Assembly (NCBI GenBank): GCA_951406725.2
Contig: OX597814.1
Span: 21,328,001 to 21,392,000, forward strand
Reading direction: 5' to 3'
Length of the DNA: 64,000 nt
DNA from: Octopus vulgaris
Lineage: Eukaryota
Shown: positions 51,008 through 64,000 of the stretch, piece by piece
Layout: each line of letters opens with the position of its first letter
Numbering within the stretch: position 1 is the first letter of the stretch
Notes under the pieces: generated by a model
What the model saw: the letters and a program-made list of their open reading frames with translations, nothing else
Told to the model about the DNA's origin: nothing
Databases searched by the model: none
Position numbers and translations under genes: made by a program

Positions 51008-53717
51008 GGTGGCTAAGCCATTGCATTCGACACGACACTTTATAACAACAACTGGACCTCCTGTTTTTTCACGTCCAAGGCGTCTTGCACCTGATCGACT
51101 TAAAACTGCTAGGGCTGAGTTTGAGCACATGCTTCAGCTCGGTCTGATACGCCCCTCCACCAGTCCATGGGCATCTCCCCTCCATTTAGTAAGAAAAGGG
51201 GATACAGATTTTCGCCCGGTGGGAGATTATCGGCGTCTAAATTCGGTGACGATTCCAGACAAATATCCCATAAGGATTTTAAACGATTTTTCGGCAAATT
51301 TACATGGCTGTACTATTTTTTCTAAGGTTGACCTGATACGTGCCTACCATCAAATACCGGTCAACTCAGACGATATTCCTAAAACAGCAATTACTACTCC
51401 TTTTGGCTGTTTCGAATTTTTATTTATGAGTTTTGGTTTGAGGAATGCCACTAGTACTTTCCAACGGTTTATAGATGAAGTTGTTCGCGGACTGGATTTT
51501 GTGTTCGCGTATGTCGATGATATTCTAATCGCAAGTGATATGCATGAAAATCATCTCCTGCACTTGTCTCAGCCTTTTCAGCGTCTTCGCGACTATGGTG
51601 TTCGCATTAATCCAGACAAGTGTGTTTTTGGGCAACCATCTCTTAATTTTCTCGGTCATTATATTGACTCGAGAGGAATCAAACCACTCTCATCCAAAGT
51701 CGATGCTATTCAGCGCATCGCACCACCTTCTTCTTTGCGTCAACTTCGCCAATTTTTAGGCATAGTAAATTTCTATAGACGTTTCATAGATCGGTGTGCG
51801 GACAAGTTGTTACCTTTAAAACAAATGCTAAAGGGCAATTCCAAGAAGGACGCCCGTCTTACTCTTTCGGCTGAAGCACTGTCTGCCTTTGAGTTGGTTA
51901 AAAAGGAACTAGCTTCAGTCCCTATTTTGGCACATCCGGCTCCTAATGCTCCACTTACTTTATCTGTGGACGCATCAGAGTCTGCAATTGGCGGTGTTTT
52001 GCAGCACACCGTAGAGGGTGAGGTTAAACCTTTAGCTTTCTTTTCTTGTCAGCTAAAGCCAGCTGAACGCAGATATAGTACCTTTGATCGAGAGTTACTA
52101 GCGATCTATCTGTCAGTTCGGCATTTTCAACACCAGCTCGAGGGACGAGAGTTTGTGATTTATACTGATCACAAGCCCCTTACTTTTGCATTATCTTCTA
52201 AAACGGATAAACTCTCTCATCGTGCTTTCCGTCACCTGGACTATATTTCTCAATTTACAAGTGACATTAGGCATGTGCCAGGCAGTGAGAACGTCCCTGC
52301 AGATGCTCTCTCTAGACTCCCTGTCAATTCCATTTCCTCTCCTGCAGCAATTGATTTAACTGCTATTTCGCAGGATCAACCACCTTTAGAGGAGTTGGAT
52401 TTAACTTCGCCTAAGTTTATTAACTGTAAGTTTAACTACCTTCCGCTCCCTACAGCGGAAGGCTCTATTCTTTGTGACGTTTCTACCGGTTCACCTAGAC
52501 CATTAGTACCTGAGAAACATCAACGTTCCGTGTTTGATGCTCTTCATTCACTGTCACATCCAGGTCTCTCTGCCACAGTAAAGCTTGTTACTGCTCGGTT
52601 CTTCTGGCCCAATATGCGACGATCAATTACCTCTTGGGCACGCTCTTGTTTGAGGTGCCAGAGTGCTAAAGTCCATAGACACGTTCGTGCTCCACTTGGA
52701 CAATTTTCCTCTCCTGAAGCCCGTTTTCGCCATATCCACCTTGATTTGGTTGGACCATGGCCTGTGAGTCGCGGGTTCTCATACATTTTAACTTGTATTG
52801 ATCGTTTTTCACGCTGGCCGGAAGCTATTCCTATAGTAGACATGTCAGCTGAAACTGTTGCGAGGGCTTTCGTATCTAATTGGATTTCGAGGTATGGTGT
52901 ACCGTACAGTTTAACCACAGATCGTGGTCGACAATTCGAGTCTGCATTGTTTCGTGAGTTATCACGAATCCTGGGGATGCATCATATACGCACCACAAGT
53001 TACCACCCCGCTTCTAATGGGATGGTGGAGCGTTTCCATAGGCAACTTAAGGCCGCTTTGCGTGCCTCGCCGAATCCACAGTTATGGACTGAATTTCTAC
53101 CGATCGTCCTGCTTGGATGTCGGACTGCGATTAAAGCAGACCTTGGTTTTTCGTCTGCCGAGCTCTTGCATGGTACCACACTGGCATTGCCTGGTACGAT
53201 GTTGGTGCCAGACAAGTCACAGTCTCTTAATTTAGAGTCTTATGTTGCTCGATTACGCAGATATTTTTCTGCCCTTCCTCCTATGGACCCTCGACACCAA
53301 AATCCTCCTTCTAGTGTGCCATCAGACCTTAATTCTTGGACGCATGTTTTTATTCGTGATGATTCTGTCAAAGGACCTCTTGTTTCTCCTTATAAAGGAC
53401 CTTTTCGTGTGATTTCTCGCACGCCGAAGGTATTCAAACTTGAAATTAACGGTCGTTCGGAGACCGTCTCCGTAGATCGTCTTAAAAGGGCATATTTTGA
53501 GGTGTCCACATCTTTTAATGGCCCCACTGCCACAACCATCGTTGAACCTTCACATGCACCTTTGACAACACCACTATTTACACATGCACCATTATCAATA
53601 CCAACATCGACAACACCACCTTCGTCGTCGCAGCCTGCCTCGAACAGACCTTATGTTACGAGGTCAGGCAGAACTGTTCACTGGCCGAAAAAACTTTCCA
53701 AAACTATTTATATTTGA
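50985..53717 (+). CDS. pol: Pol part 2: RT, RNase H and integrase with GPY/F motif (902 aa from 51009), out of frame with the protease
   Basis: [26 protein letters not shown]; [14 protein letters not shown]; [26 protein letters not shown]; PYKGPF. Confidence 0.93.
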   Translation, partial: LLFHVTFRVAKPLHSTRHFITTTGPPVFSRPRRLAPDRLKTARAEFEHMLQLGLIRPSTSPWASPLHLVRKGDTDFRPVGDYRRLNSVTIPDKYPIRILNDFSANLHGCTIFSKVDLIRAYHQIPVNSDDIPKTAITTPFGCFEFLFMSFGLRNATSTFQRFIDEVVRGLDFVFAYVDDILIASDMHENHLLHLSQPFQRLRDYGVRINPDKCVFGQPSLNFLGHYIDSRGIKPLSSKVDAIQRIAPPSSLRQLRQFLGIVNFYRRFIDRCADKLLPLKQMLKGNSKKDARLTLSAEALSAFELVKKELASVPILAHPAPNAPLTLSVDASESAIGGVLQHTVEGEVKPLAFFSCQLKPAERRYSTFDRELLAIYLSVRHFQHQLEGREFVIYTDHKPLTFALSSKTDKLSHRAFRHLDYISQFTSDIRHVPGSENVPADALSRLPVNSISSPAAIDLTAISQDQPPLEELDLTSPKFINCKFNYLPLPTAEGSILCDVSTGSPRPLVPEKHQRSVFDALHSLSHPGLSATVKLVTARFFWPNMRRSITSWARSCLRCQSAKVHRHVRAPLGQFSSPEARFRHIHLDLVGPWPVSRGFSYILTCIDRFSRWPEAIPIVDMSAETVARAFVSNWISRYGVPYSLTTDRGRQFESALFRELSRILGMHHIRTTSYHPASNGMVERFHRQLKAALRASPNPQLWTEFLPIVLLGCRTAIKADLGFSSAELLHGTTLALPGTMLVPDKSQSLNLESYVARLRRYFSALPPMDPRHQNPPSSVPSDLNSWTHVFIRDDSVKGPLVSPYKGPFRVISRTPKVFKLEINGRSETVSVDRLKRAYFEVSTSFNGPTATTIVEPSHAPLTTPLFTHAPLSIPTSTTPPSSSQPASNRPYVTRSGRTVHWPKKLSKTIYI

Positions 53718-53918
53718 CATTTTCAATTGACTTCCCAGTGACAGTTCAGTACTCATTGAACTTTGCTCATTTTGAGTATTTTTTTCTCTTTTTACCTTTA
53801 AGGTGAATTTTTTTTTTTTGCTGTTTAATGTATTATATTGTGTGCTATTTTTGGTTATCTGGTGTCCACCTTGAGTTTTATGGTCACTACAAGGAATTGT
53901 TGTTCGTGCTTAGGCACT

Positions 53919-53927
53919 GGAGGAGAG
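53919..53927 (+). other. Polypurine tract
   Basis: GGAGGAGAG just before the 3' LTR. Confidence 0.75.
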
Positions 53928-53930
53928 CTT

Positions 53931-54533
53931 TGTAGTCACCCTATACAACAGCGCGCGCGCGCAACACCCTCTCGCGAATACACGAAGTCCGAAAGAGGGA
54001 ATTTTGCTGACGTGGCCTTAGCTGACGTGGCCTTGCTGACGTGGCCTTAGCAAGGGAGTGTGAGCCTTAACAAAGAGGCAAGGGAGCGTGAGCCTTAACA
54101 AAGAGGCAAGGGAGCGTAAAGGTTGACCATTAGCGTCCGACAGACAGCGGCAGCCTTTTCATCGAAGCAGACGTTTAATTCGCTCTCTCTCCGGTTTTGA
54201 TAGCAGCAGTCTTTTGGCCGAAGACTTTTAACCTGAATTGTTGCAGTCAAATCATCTTCTTCACCCGGACGCCATTTTTGACCCTTTCTGTTTTGGCGGC
54301 TGAACATTGTAAATATTACAATCGATTAACTTTCAGCCTTGCGCGCCCAGAACCAAGGACATCAGATATACCACTGATTTCTCACCGGTATAAAACAATA
54401 AAGTATATCTATTTTTTACGTCTGCGTTTTGTGTTTCTTTGACTGGTAGAGTCTGGATATAAAAGCAACGGAAAGTGATTGCACCAACTTGCACCCCAAA
54501 AGTGCAAGCGGAGATATTCACATATTCCTTACA
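53931..54533 (+). repeat. 3' LTR (603 bp)
   Basis: Direct repeat of the 5' LTR, followed by the GATC TSD. Confidence 0.97.
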
Positions 54534-54703
54534 GATCTGAATAAAATAGAAAAGTAAGTCAAATCTGAGAGTCAAAATCGCTTAAAAGCTTTATCACGTG
54601 TAGAATAAATCAAGCTAAATGCATACATTTAAAAGAATATTTGCGTATTATATATAACCTTTCTTTGGATCCTTGTTTCTGGCAGAATTTATAAAACAAT
54701 ATT

Positions 54704-55372
54704 GGCGCAAGCATGGCTGTGTGGTTTAGAAGCTCGCTTTGTAACTACGTCGTTTCAGGTTCAGTCGCACTGCACCACACCTTCGGCCAGTGTCTACTAC
54801 TACTACAGCCCTGAACCGACATGTGCTTTGTGAATGAATGTGGCAAAAAGAAACTGTGTGAAAGCCCGTCGTGTTATATATATATAAATTACGTTATATG
54901 TAAACAAACATGAGTTTGTTTTTGAAGCGCTGAGATGTATTGTAGTACAAGTAGAAAGATGTATTTTTTTTCAACGCCTAAGTACTGATAGAAAGACATA
55001 TGTAGGATAAAGTCCTTACAGAGCAGAAAAATCTGTCAGCAACCGACCATGGCTGGTTGCTGACAGAGAAATCTGTCAGCAATCCTATATATGCTGTTCT
55101 ATCAGTACTTACGTGTTGAGAAAAATATTTTTTTCTACATCTAATGTGTGTGTGTGCGCGCGTACGCTTGTCTGTCACCCACACCTCCGCTTGACAATTT
55201 TGTTGACTTTTTTACGTTATGTACCTTACTTAGCATTTCGGCAAAAATGACTGATGGAATAAGTACCAAACTTTCAAAACTGTACTGGGGACAATTAATT
55301 CGACAAAACTGTATAAGGCGGTAACCCAGCATGGCCGTAATCCAATGTCTGAAACAATTAAAACATAAAAGA
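54704..55372 (+). mobile_element. SINE family A copy interrupted in its central microsatellite by a fold-back insert
   Basis: Head GGCGCAAGCATGGCTGTGTGG at 54704; body CGCTTGACAA..CCCAGCATGGCCG resumes after ~55145. Confidence 0.7.
54951..55138. repeat. Imperfect ~58-bp inverted repeat with a nested hairpin (fold-back/MITE-like)
   Basis: 54951-55008 pairs with 55082-55138; internal TCTGTCAGCAACC/GGTTGCTGACAGA stem. Confidence 0.75.
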
Positions 55373-55463
55373 TAAATGTTCAGCACTGGAATTAGTGTGT
55401 AAGTGGATGAATATTCCACAGATACATGTACGCTGAATCAGCGTGGCAACATTTGAATAACGG

Positions 55464-55695
55464 GTTAGTTAGTTAGTTAGTTAGTTAATTTGGCTCAAAA
55501 GCAAATAGCAAGGCCATGTAGGGGGACATGGAGTTAAGTACAGGGTGGTGTTCATGTAAAAAGTTCAGGCCACTTGAGGTCCAGGGAGGCTTTGAACAAA
55601 GCGGTCGTCGGCATCTTCACCATCTCGTCTGGCAGCTTGTTCCACGGATCCGCAACCCGGACGGAGAAAGCTCCTCTCCTTCGATTGAGAAGTGT
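55464..55695 (-). mobile_element. CR1-like LINE 3' end with a (TAAC)n tail
   Basis: Minus strand RRGAFSVRVADPWNKLPDEMV..FKASLD; TTAG repeats at 55464-55487. Confidence 0.8.
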
Positions 55696-55939
55696 AATCT
55701 ATCCGGCATGCTTCTGCTCAATAAGGTTTGAGGTCATGTGAGACTAAGATAAAACATCCTCGCCCAAGATGCTATGCATCGGATCGAACTCAAGACTCCG
55801 TGATGAGAAGTGAACTTTGTCGATGTTATACCCTTCCTCTTTACATACATACATACATACATACATATACTTCTAGCACATGAGGTGCGTAATTTATAGA
55901 CACATAAATGAAGAAACGGTTAGATAACGAGAACGGTAA

Positions 55940-55991
55940 GTAGATAGATAGAGAGAGAGAGAGAGAGAGTGATATATATATATATATATAT

Positions 55992-56051
<60 letters not shown>

Positions 56052-56097
56052 GTAGATAGGTAGATAGATAGAAAGAAAGATAGATAGATAGAAAGAT

Positions 56098-56163
<66 letters not shown>
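55940..56163. repeat. (GA)n/(TA)n/(GATA)n compound microsatellite
   Basis: Direct reading. Confidence 0.97.
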
Positions 56164-57504
56164 GGACTGCAGAAGAAGACTTAAAATGTCTCTATTTTGA
56201 TTGCTGCATTTTTATATTCTTGCATGATAATGAATAACTTATTCAATGATGCCGTAGAATTTGTTAAATTAGAAATAATCTCCATTAGATATGTTAGATA
56301 TATAATATATCTCGGTTCTCTTCATTGTCAGTTCATTACTGTCAGCTTGTTAACAAGCAGAAAGCTATGTGACATAGAAGTGCAGCTGACTTAAAAACAG
56401 TAGCTCGAACATAACAACAGCTTTCTGAAAAATTCTTCAGGGATGAGAAGTAGGTAGCACACGCATATCAACAGCTCTAGTTATGGAGCTATGATAATAA
56501 TTGTCTGAGAAAATGATCGCAACAGATGCTATCAGCAACATTTACAAAGCGATGTTATCAGCAGAAGAAAAGAATCTGCTTCAAAATACTCTTGATAAGA
56601 TAGCAGAAAACGTTTTGTAAAAGAAGGATAAGAAGAGTAACGTACTCGAAAACAATAAGTATTTGACACATGGTAATAATTGGAAATATCATTCGTTGCA
56701 TACCTCGATAAAGTAGCCACTTAATACACTGCGGTTGGTTTTGATGTATACATGAAACATAAACAAATATATGTTCTTCATGCTTCTCTCACTTTTTTTA
56801 TATAATCCCATAGTTTGTTATGTAACTATAAACATGAAAGTTTACGTGTTTGTGGAAACATCAGGGGAGACATAAATTTGAAAACCACATGTAAATTAGA
56901 AAAAATGTGGATCACAAAGCATGTTTTCTTAAGATTTTCGTTTTATTTATTCCACAACTACCTGGTACCCCAGATACGCACTCACTGCGACTAAACCACT
57001 CTGTGAGAAATATATACGTGGGTGACCTGTTGCATATAGCAACCTTAAGAGGAACGAACGACAGAAGAATATATTAGCACAGTAAAATCTGGCAATCTGC
57101 CATAGGTTTAATGAAAAAAGAGGACAACAAGTTAGTTGCTAGGAGCTGAAACCTTAGTAAGGCTTAGTTGAGTCAAAGAAAGTAGCGAAGTGATACAGGA
57201 GGGAGGGGTTGACTAAATGACACATCATCTTGTTTTGCCCCTCTAGTCTCTGAGTTCAAATCTTGCGATATCGACTTCACATTTCATCCCTCAAAAGTCA
57301 ATAAAATTGATGATATACAGAGATACATTCCGTCGATTATATATCGATACTGCTTCTGTAAAACGATCTCAGATTTTTGAAAATATTGTGATCAAAATAT
57401 CTTACTTGATATAAGGCCACTCTTTTGTCGAGATTGTAATCAGCTGATTTAACTCTGAACCATCACAAGTATTTAAATTACTGATAGATAAAATCAAACT
57501 GTCA

Positions 57505-57575
<71 letters not shown>
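57505..57575. repeat. (TAT)n microsatellite
   Basis: Direct reading. Confidence 0.97.
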
Positions 57576-57576
<1 letters not shown>

Positions 57577-58574
57577 GCAGAACGAAGGTGATGGGTTGGA
57601 GAATCGTTAGGACATCGGGGGGAAATGTCTTGTTATATTTAGTTATAGAACTTTACGTTGTCTTTGAATCCCACTTAGGTCAATTTTCATCCCTCTGCTG
57701 TCAATAAAATAAGGCACTTCTCAAGTGCCTGAAGCGATTTAGGTCTTGTGCCTAAAATACAGCGATTATTATCAATGTTTTCATCAGCTTTATGGGAGTT
57801 ACTGCTGCACCAGTTTGAGTAACTCTGAGTGTTCCTGAAATGTATGTTTCAATGTCTTGCAATATAGAGGTATTTTACATTGTTAAGAGGTTTGTCTTGT
57901 TGATGGTGTTATTTTAGTATTTCGTTTATTGAAAATGCGTAGCTACTTTGTTGCGTGTATAAGTTTCGAATATGCTAAGCCGATTTTGTCTTCCACATTA
58001 AAAGCTGCCATCAAATACCCACTTCTAACTATTCAGTCTGAAATCGGAAACTTTTCCAATCACAAGGGTTTTCTTTCCAGCTGCCTTCATTTCTTAATAC
58101 GCCAGTGATTCCCTTCCTTTCTCATCCACTGTGCTTTATTATTGTGTTGACTCCCTTGGTTTTATATCCATTTCAACTATTTTTGAATTTTGATGTTGGT
58201 GTATTACCTAGAGCCATATTTTCTTTTACTTTTTTTTAGGGTATGGGTTGTAACTGAGTATTACGGAAGTGGTCGATGTCATAGTGTCAGGTGTCGATTA
58301 TGTAAGTGTGTGTGCAAAGTTACAGTGTTTGTTGATGATTCTTCCGAGTATGACTTGTATGAGTTGCACTTTTTAATGGACAGTTATTATCTATATTTTG
58401 AGCGTACAGTCTACTGTTTAAATTATGCAAATGAACTGAAATTGTGTTACGTAGAACGTGGAATCTGCCTAGTGAGACTACCTATAGGAAATTAGGAGGG
58501 CAAGAGTGACAACGTACTCAGGAAATATTTGGGCGTCGGGAGAGATCACTCAGCGTGGACTGATACGCCGGGTC

Positions 58575-58859
58575 ATATGGATAATTTTCAGAAATCTGTG
58601 GCCTGACAGTGCAACTGGGGGACTGCTTTTCAAGACAACATCTGCAGGCTCTGAAGTGCCGAAATATTGCTCAACCAATTTCACATGATATGGCACTCTT
58701 CTATTTATTTGTGTATAACTTCTGGGTGAGTTACCTCGGTCCTGTGTAGTCTTAACAAAAATTGAAGTAGACTGACATATAATTTTTGAACCCGTGGAAG
58801 GCCCGCTAGATGCCGAAATATTGTTCAACCAATTTCACATGATATGGCACTCTTCTATT

Positions 58860-58866
<7 letters not shown>
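58575..58866 (+). mobile_element. Tandem 154-bp hammerhead-like unit family ending at (ATT)n
   Basis: GCCGAAATATTG..GGCACTCTTCTATTTA at 58658 and 58812 (period 154); homologous to 31449-31697. Confidence 0.7.
58787..58827 (+). ncRNA. Minimal hammerhead-like motif (core CCGUGGA)
   Basis: TGAAC-CCGTGGA-A-GGC(ccgctagat)GCC-GAAA-TATT-GTTCA. Confidence 0.4.
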
Positions 58867-58936
<70 letters not shown>

Positions 58937-58940
58937 CATC

Positions 58941-58972
<32 letters not shown>

Positions 58973-58985
58973 CATCATTATCATT
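58860..58985. repeat. (ATT)n(ATC)n microsatellite
   Basis: Direct reading. Confidence 0.96.
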
Positions 58986-59748
58986 CTGTGTTTGACTTTT
59001 GCTTTACATATATGCAAGTTGGCTCCAAGTCTCACCCAGAGACCTCAAGAGACAAAAAGTTGGAAGTTCATGTTGGTGTTGTGCCTAGTGTGCCATATAT
59101 TTGGTTTTGTACTTAGTGTTGTACTAGTGAATGTTTAAAAAACCATACGAAAATTATGTTTGTTTTAAAACTTGAGATTACATAGAAAGTATTTTGCGTA
59201 GGATATGTGCAGTTTCCATGAGCACTATCTTTTGAATTTCTGCCATTTTGCGGTTTCCTGGTATCTGAGTTAGGTAGCAATCAGCCCCTTTTGCACATAT
59301 AACAACAGGTATTGTTTTAGTCTTCAGGTTCCACATTTTGCTGATTTCTATTTCAAGATCTTTATATTTGCTCAGTTTTTAGTAGACCTTGACAAATACA
59401 TTTATATCGATTGGGACAGTCATATCAATGAGGAGGCATGATTTTTGTCTGAAGTCTTTCAATATGATGTCTGGTCTATTCGCATCTATCTTTCTGTCAA
59501 TTTGAATGGTGAAGTTCCAGAGGAGTGAGATGTGATCATTTTCAAGCACTGGAGGTGGTTTGTGTTCCCACCAGTTTTTATCATGGGGCAAGTCCAGGCT
59601 TTTGCAAATTACCCAGTGAATATATTGTGCAGCTCTATTATGCCTGTTGAGATACTCTGTAGGCGCAGGAAAACTGCACTTGGAGACAACATGATCAATG
59701 GTTTTGTTGTTGACATACACGACATGTTGGGCTACTGCCGTTCTTTAA
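58986..59748 (-). mobile_element. R4/Dong-like 3' fragment (CCHC, RLE and 3'UTR)
   Basis: IDHVVSKC, RHNRAAQYIHW, DANRPDIILKD..CLLIDMTVP, KYKDLEIEISKMW. Confidence 0.85.
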
Positions 59749-59758
59749 TATTATTATT

Positions 59759-60486
<728 letters not shown>

Positions 60487-60829
60487 GCATATAGTGAGAT
60501 CCACTCAGATTAGAAGTGATATGTAGCTAGGAGTATAGTTTCCAAGATATCAAAGTCGTAATGACTTCCGAAGACCACAGGGCTCTTTTAAATCCCTGCG
60601 TTATCGCATATGAGAAAAGAAAAGCAACATAATTTGTGGTAAAGAGCAGAAAGTTCAACTACTGCACCTATGGCAATAAGGACTAATAAGAGAACAGTAA
60701 AGACTGCAGCACAGAAATTAGTGTTCTGAAAGTAGAGACTCCGAAAACAGTGGAAGAGATAACCTCGCCCTCAGTTCGATAAGCTGAACAGCAAGCCGAA
60801 TTATTATCATCTCATGAAAAATCTCAGCT

Positions 60830-61074
60830 TTATTTAGCTGCCCACAGCCAGCAGACCAAGATAGCATTTACTGATCATGCGGGAATCCTCAGGTTTCTCG
60901 CATTTCCAAGTAATGATGATATTTATAAATGTTCTACCTTTATATTCCTTTCAATCTTTTTGAGCAACGTTGGTAGTTGAGTATTTCACATTGGTATTTC
61001 ACATTGGTATCACATCCACTTTCTTCATTACCTACAACGTGCGTATCTCCCACTTCAGTTCATCATGGATGTCC

Positions 61075-61075
<1 letters not shown>
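60830..61075 (-). mobile_element. Decayed R4/Dong-like 3' end
   Basis: Minus strand DELKWEIRTL*VMKKVDVIP..KVEHL..LLGNARNLR, parallel to 35160-35365. Confidence 0.65.
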
Positions 61076-61105
<30 letters not shown>

Positions 61106-61440
61106 CTTCTTCTTCTTCTTCTTCTTCTTCTTCTTCTTCTTCTTCTTCTTCTTCTTCTTCCTCCTCCTCCTCCTCCTCTTCTTCTTCTTCTTCACCTTCT
61201 TCCTCCTCCTCCTCTTCTTCTTCTTCTTCTTCTTCTTCTTCTTCTTCTTCTTCATCTTCTTCATCTCCTTCTTCTTCATCTCCTTCTTCTTCATCTCCTT
61301 CTTCTTCTTCTTCTTCTTCTTCTTCTTCTTCTTCTTCATCTCCTTCTTCTTCTTCTTCTTCTTCTTCTTCTTCTTCTTCTTCTTCTTCTTCTTCTTCTTC
61401 TTCTTCTTCTTCTTCTTCTTCTTCTCCTTCTTCTTCTTTC
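61076..61440. repeat. ~365-bp (CTT)n/(CCT)n polypyrimidine tract
   Basis: Direct reading. Confidence 0.98.
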
Positions 61441-64000
61441 TATTCAACCGTGTTGTCACCAGATCATGTTATGCCTTATTAATATGGTTTCTGATAAATT
61501 TATTTCATTTTCTCTTAAATAATTTTACTGTGGACTTCAAAGCATCAGGTCATCTAACGCAGTTACTGAGATCACAATGTTTGTCTTTTAGACAGTATTG
61601 TATTTTTTGTCTTGTGTTTATAGCATTATTTTAATATAGCTCTTTTTCTACTAAGTTAGTGGTGAGAGTTACTAACAAGAAAGTGAGTAGAAATAGATAA
61701 AAACAAGCTTCTTCTAATACACGCAAAAACGAATTGAAAAAAAAAAGAAGAAATGAAACAAATACACTCGCAAGGTAATTTGTTACGCAAAAATGCAAAT
61801 TTTAATGGCATAAACAAAGTCAACCACAGCAGCATCAACAATGTGAAAACGCACACACCCTTTTTGTCAAACGAAAAAACAAGACAGTGTATAATAATAA
61901 TACAATAGTATTTCGTTCACTAACATCGTCAGTGACAGTTTACGTAAACTACCTAACTGAAACAAATTTGGTTGGTACACTTTTGTGAACAGGGAGAATG
62001 AATCATTGCCAGAACCCTTCATAAAAGAAAAACAAAAAACAAACAAACAAACAAGAGAAGTGAAATTTATCTTTCTCTACATTGCCAAGAATGGAACAAG
62101 TTGCTTATGCCCTCAATTAAATATGTATTAAATGCAGCTCTAAACGATTGCTGAGCGATATCTTTCTTTGTTGGTAAGGGTAGTGTATCCGACAATAAAT
62201 GAATTAAAATGGATTCTCTCATTTCAGGATAGCACATATAGTTTTAGGACTAAGAACGAAGTGTAGACGCTAGCACAGCCTGTGCGTCACACACCGCCCA
62301 TATACTAAGATAAAACATATGAGTAGCCGCAATATGAGGGTCACTTTCAAGAACATTGGCAGTGATATTTTCTCTTGGCTCATATCAGAGTGCAAGCAGG
62401 TTGCAAGTGACATGTTAAATATGAATGACATGTGATCAGGTGGGAGCTCACTGAATATAAAAGTCATTATGATCCCTGAAAGAGCACAGGGATACGAAAA
62501 CTGTCCAGCTATGAGACTAGTATTGTAAATCAGGAGATGAAGTCCATACGGAGCATTAACGGACATTTCAAGCTTCTTTTGTCTCGTAGGTTTCGAGTTC
62601 AAGAGAACAGTAGTTTTAGCAGTAACAAAAGCAAGTCACAAAGGTCTGTTGTTTCTAGAGCATCGCCAGCTGCAGCCTCAAAGATGGAGCTCAAAAATCT
62701 CGTTGTACTCTCAGTCCCTCAAAATATTAGCAACCAGGAAGATAAGAATCTGGGCGCACAAGCATACACACACACATTATTAGTACTGTGAACACACACA
62801 TTATTAGTCTTGTAACATGCTCTGATATTCGAAATGACCCACAAGAATGTTTAGGGAAAGAGATGATACAGATTTTCCAGTAAACCAGTTCCGATTATGT
62901 GAAACATGCGAGCGATAGGTTGCTCTTTAAGTATCGTTTTTGCAGCTCCCCTTGATTTTTATATAAACTTATTTATCCACATTTTTAGTAGATGTATGCC
63001 AATTCTTTTTAAATAACTGAGTTTATTGGAGTTATCTTATTTCTTAGCTGCTTTAAATACTCCTAGATGCAGCAATAATCTTAGTCATTCGACTTTTTTA
63101 TATTCACTATATTAAAGAAGTGAAATCGATTAGTAAATCAAAATGGTGTAAAGGAAAATGAATTCCAAAAAAATTAATCAAAATGCAGAGCAGAATGTCT
63201 CCTTGTGTATGGCCGCCGATTTTTTCCAGTGTTGTAAGATTTTTAAAACCGTGACTGGAGGAAAGAGCTAAAATACATAGTTTCTATCATCTCATTGTTA
63301 CGTAATAAATAAAGTTTGTGAGATTGTAATATATTCTTTTTTATTAACTGATGTCATCTCAGTGTATCCTCAGTTTTTTAAGTTTATTTTCTTTGTGGCA
63401 TTGCCTTATATATAATGGCATGGTAACATACAGGAGCATCACAACGTGGTCGCTCGACTTGCTAGAAATATCAACTAAATTTAACTCAATTTACCCAATA
63501 TTTTCATGAAAAGAAGGGAATACATTGTGTCATGTAGTCGTAAGAAAGGTCATGACTGGAACACCTTTAGCGAACTGTCTGCTCTATTCTGACCTGTGAC
63601 TAAACAGCACAGACACGTTTAATAATAACAGCAATAACATACAAGTATTGAAGAACAATAGAGGTTTGACGATATTGCTTCGTATAGAAAAGACTTGCTA
63701 AATCTCATCAATTTAATTATTTCAGTATATTCATGTGTAAACTCTAGTTCAGAACAGACTGCTGAAATATGTGGTGATTTATTTCTTTAGACAATAGTAT
63801 CACTGACAGAGCAAATGGGAATTAGAGATATTTTGTGTATTTCCTCGATCTGCTATAAATAGCAGCCAAACCTCCCTCACATTGTACTTTCCAGTGTTAT
63901 AAAAGAACACGTTAGTTAATGAAGTACTGAGGAGGAAACATCGACGGGCTACAACTGGAATATTTCTAATTTGCTCAATGTGCAATGACATGAAGTTAAA

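Larger units (their letters stand above)
48739..54533 (+). mobile_element. Full-length Ty3/Gypsy LTR retrotransposon, CsRn1/Kabuki-like lineage
   Basis: TG..CA LTRs, GATC TSD (48735-48738 and 54534-54537), tRNA-Trp PBS, PPT, gag with CHCC knuckle, PR-RT-RH-IN domain order. Confidence 0.97.

Noticed and set aside
60970-61634. Long ORFs of 130-190 aa (poly-S, L, F, K)
   Set aside because: Translations of the (CTT)n tract; the same applies to the poly-I/Y/N and YVCM/HTYI ORFs over other microsatellites.
62270-62791. Overlapping 110-aa and 84-aa ORFs in moderately GC-rich sequence
   Set aside because: No recognisable domain or consistent splice signals; may be an unidentified repeat.

Overview
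AT-rich eukaryotic repeat-dominated DNA, most consistent with an octopus/cephalopod genome (recognised SINE families, very dense microsatellites; not verified by search). I found no convincing host protein-coding exon; most short ORFs are microsatellite artefacts or decayed transposon fragments. Main contents: (1) a young, full-length Ty3/Gypsy LTR retrotransposon of the CsRn1/Kabuki type at 48739-54533, with 603-bp LTRs differing at 2 sites by my comparison, a GATC TSD, a tRNA-Trp PBS, a TTTAAAC -1 frameshift site and one frame break in pol; (2) a 1.6-kb head-to-head array of a 474-bp unit, embedded in (TA)n at 42764-44380, with type I hammerhead ribozyme (HHR) folds on both strands (Penelope pseudo-LTR or retrozyme-like); (3) seven further minimal HHR-like motifs from other families near microsatellites, so about 10 in total, 8 with non-canonical cores (CCGAUGA, CUGUAGA, CUGUGGA, CCGUGGA); (4) several R4/Dong-type RLE non-LTR retrotransposon relics, plus RTE, CR1 and Tx1/L1 fragments, a Chapaev-like and a mariner relic, several MITEs and many tRNA-derived SINEs. 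Coordinates of degenerate repeats are approximate.
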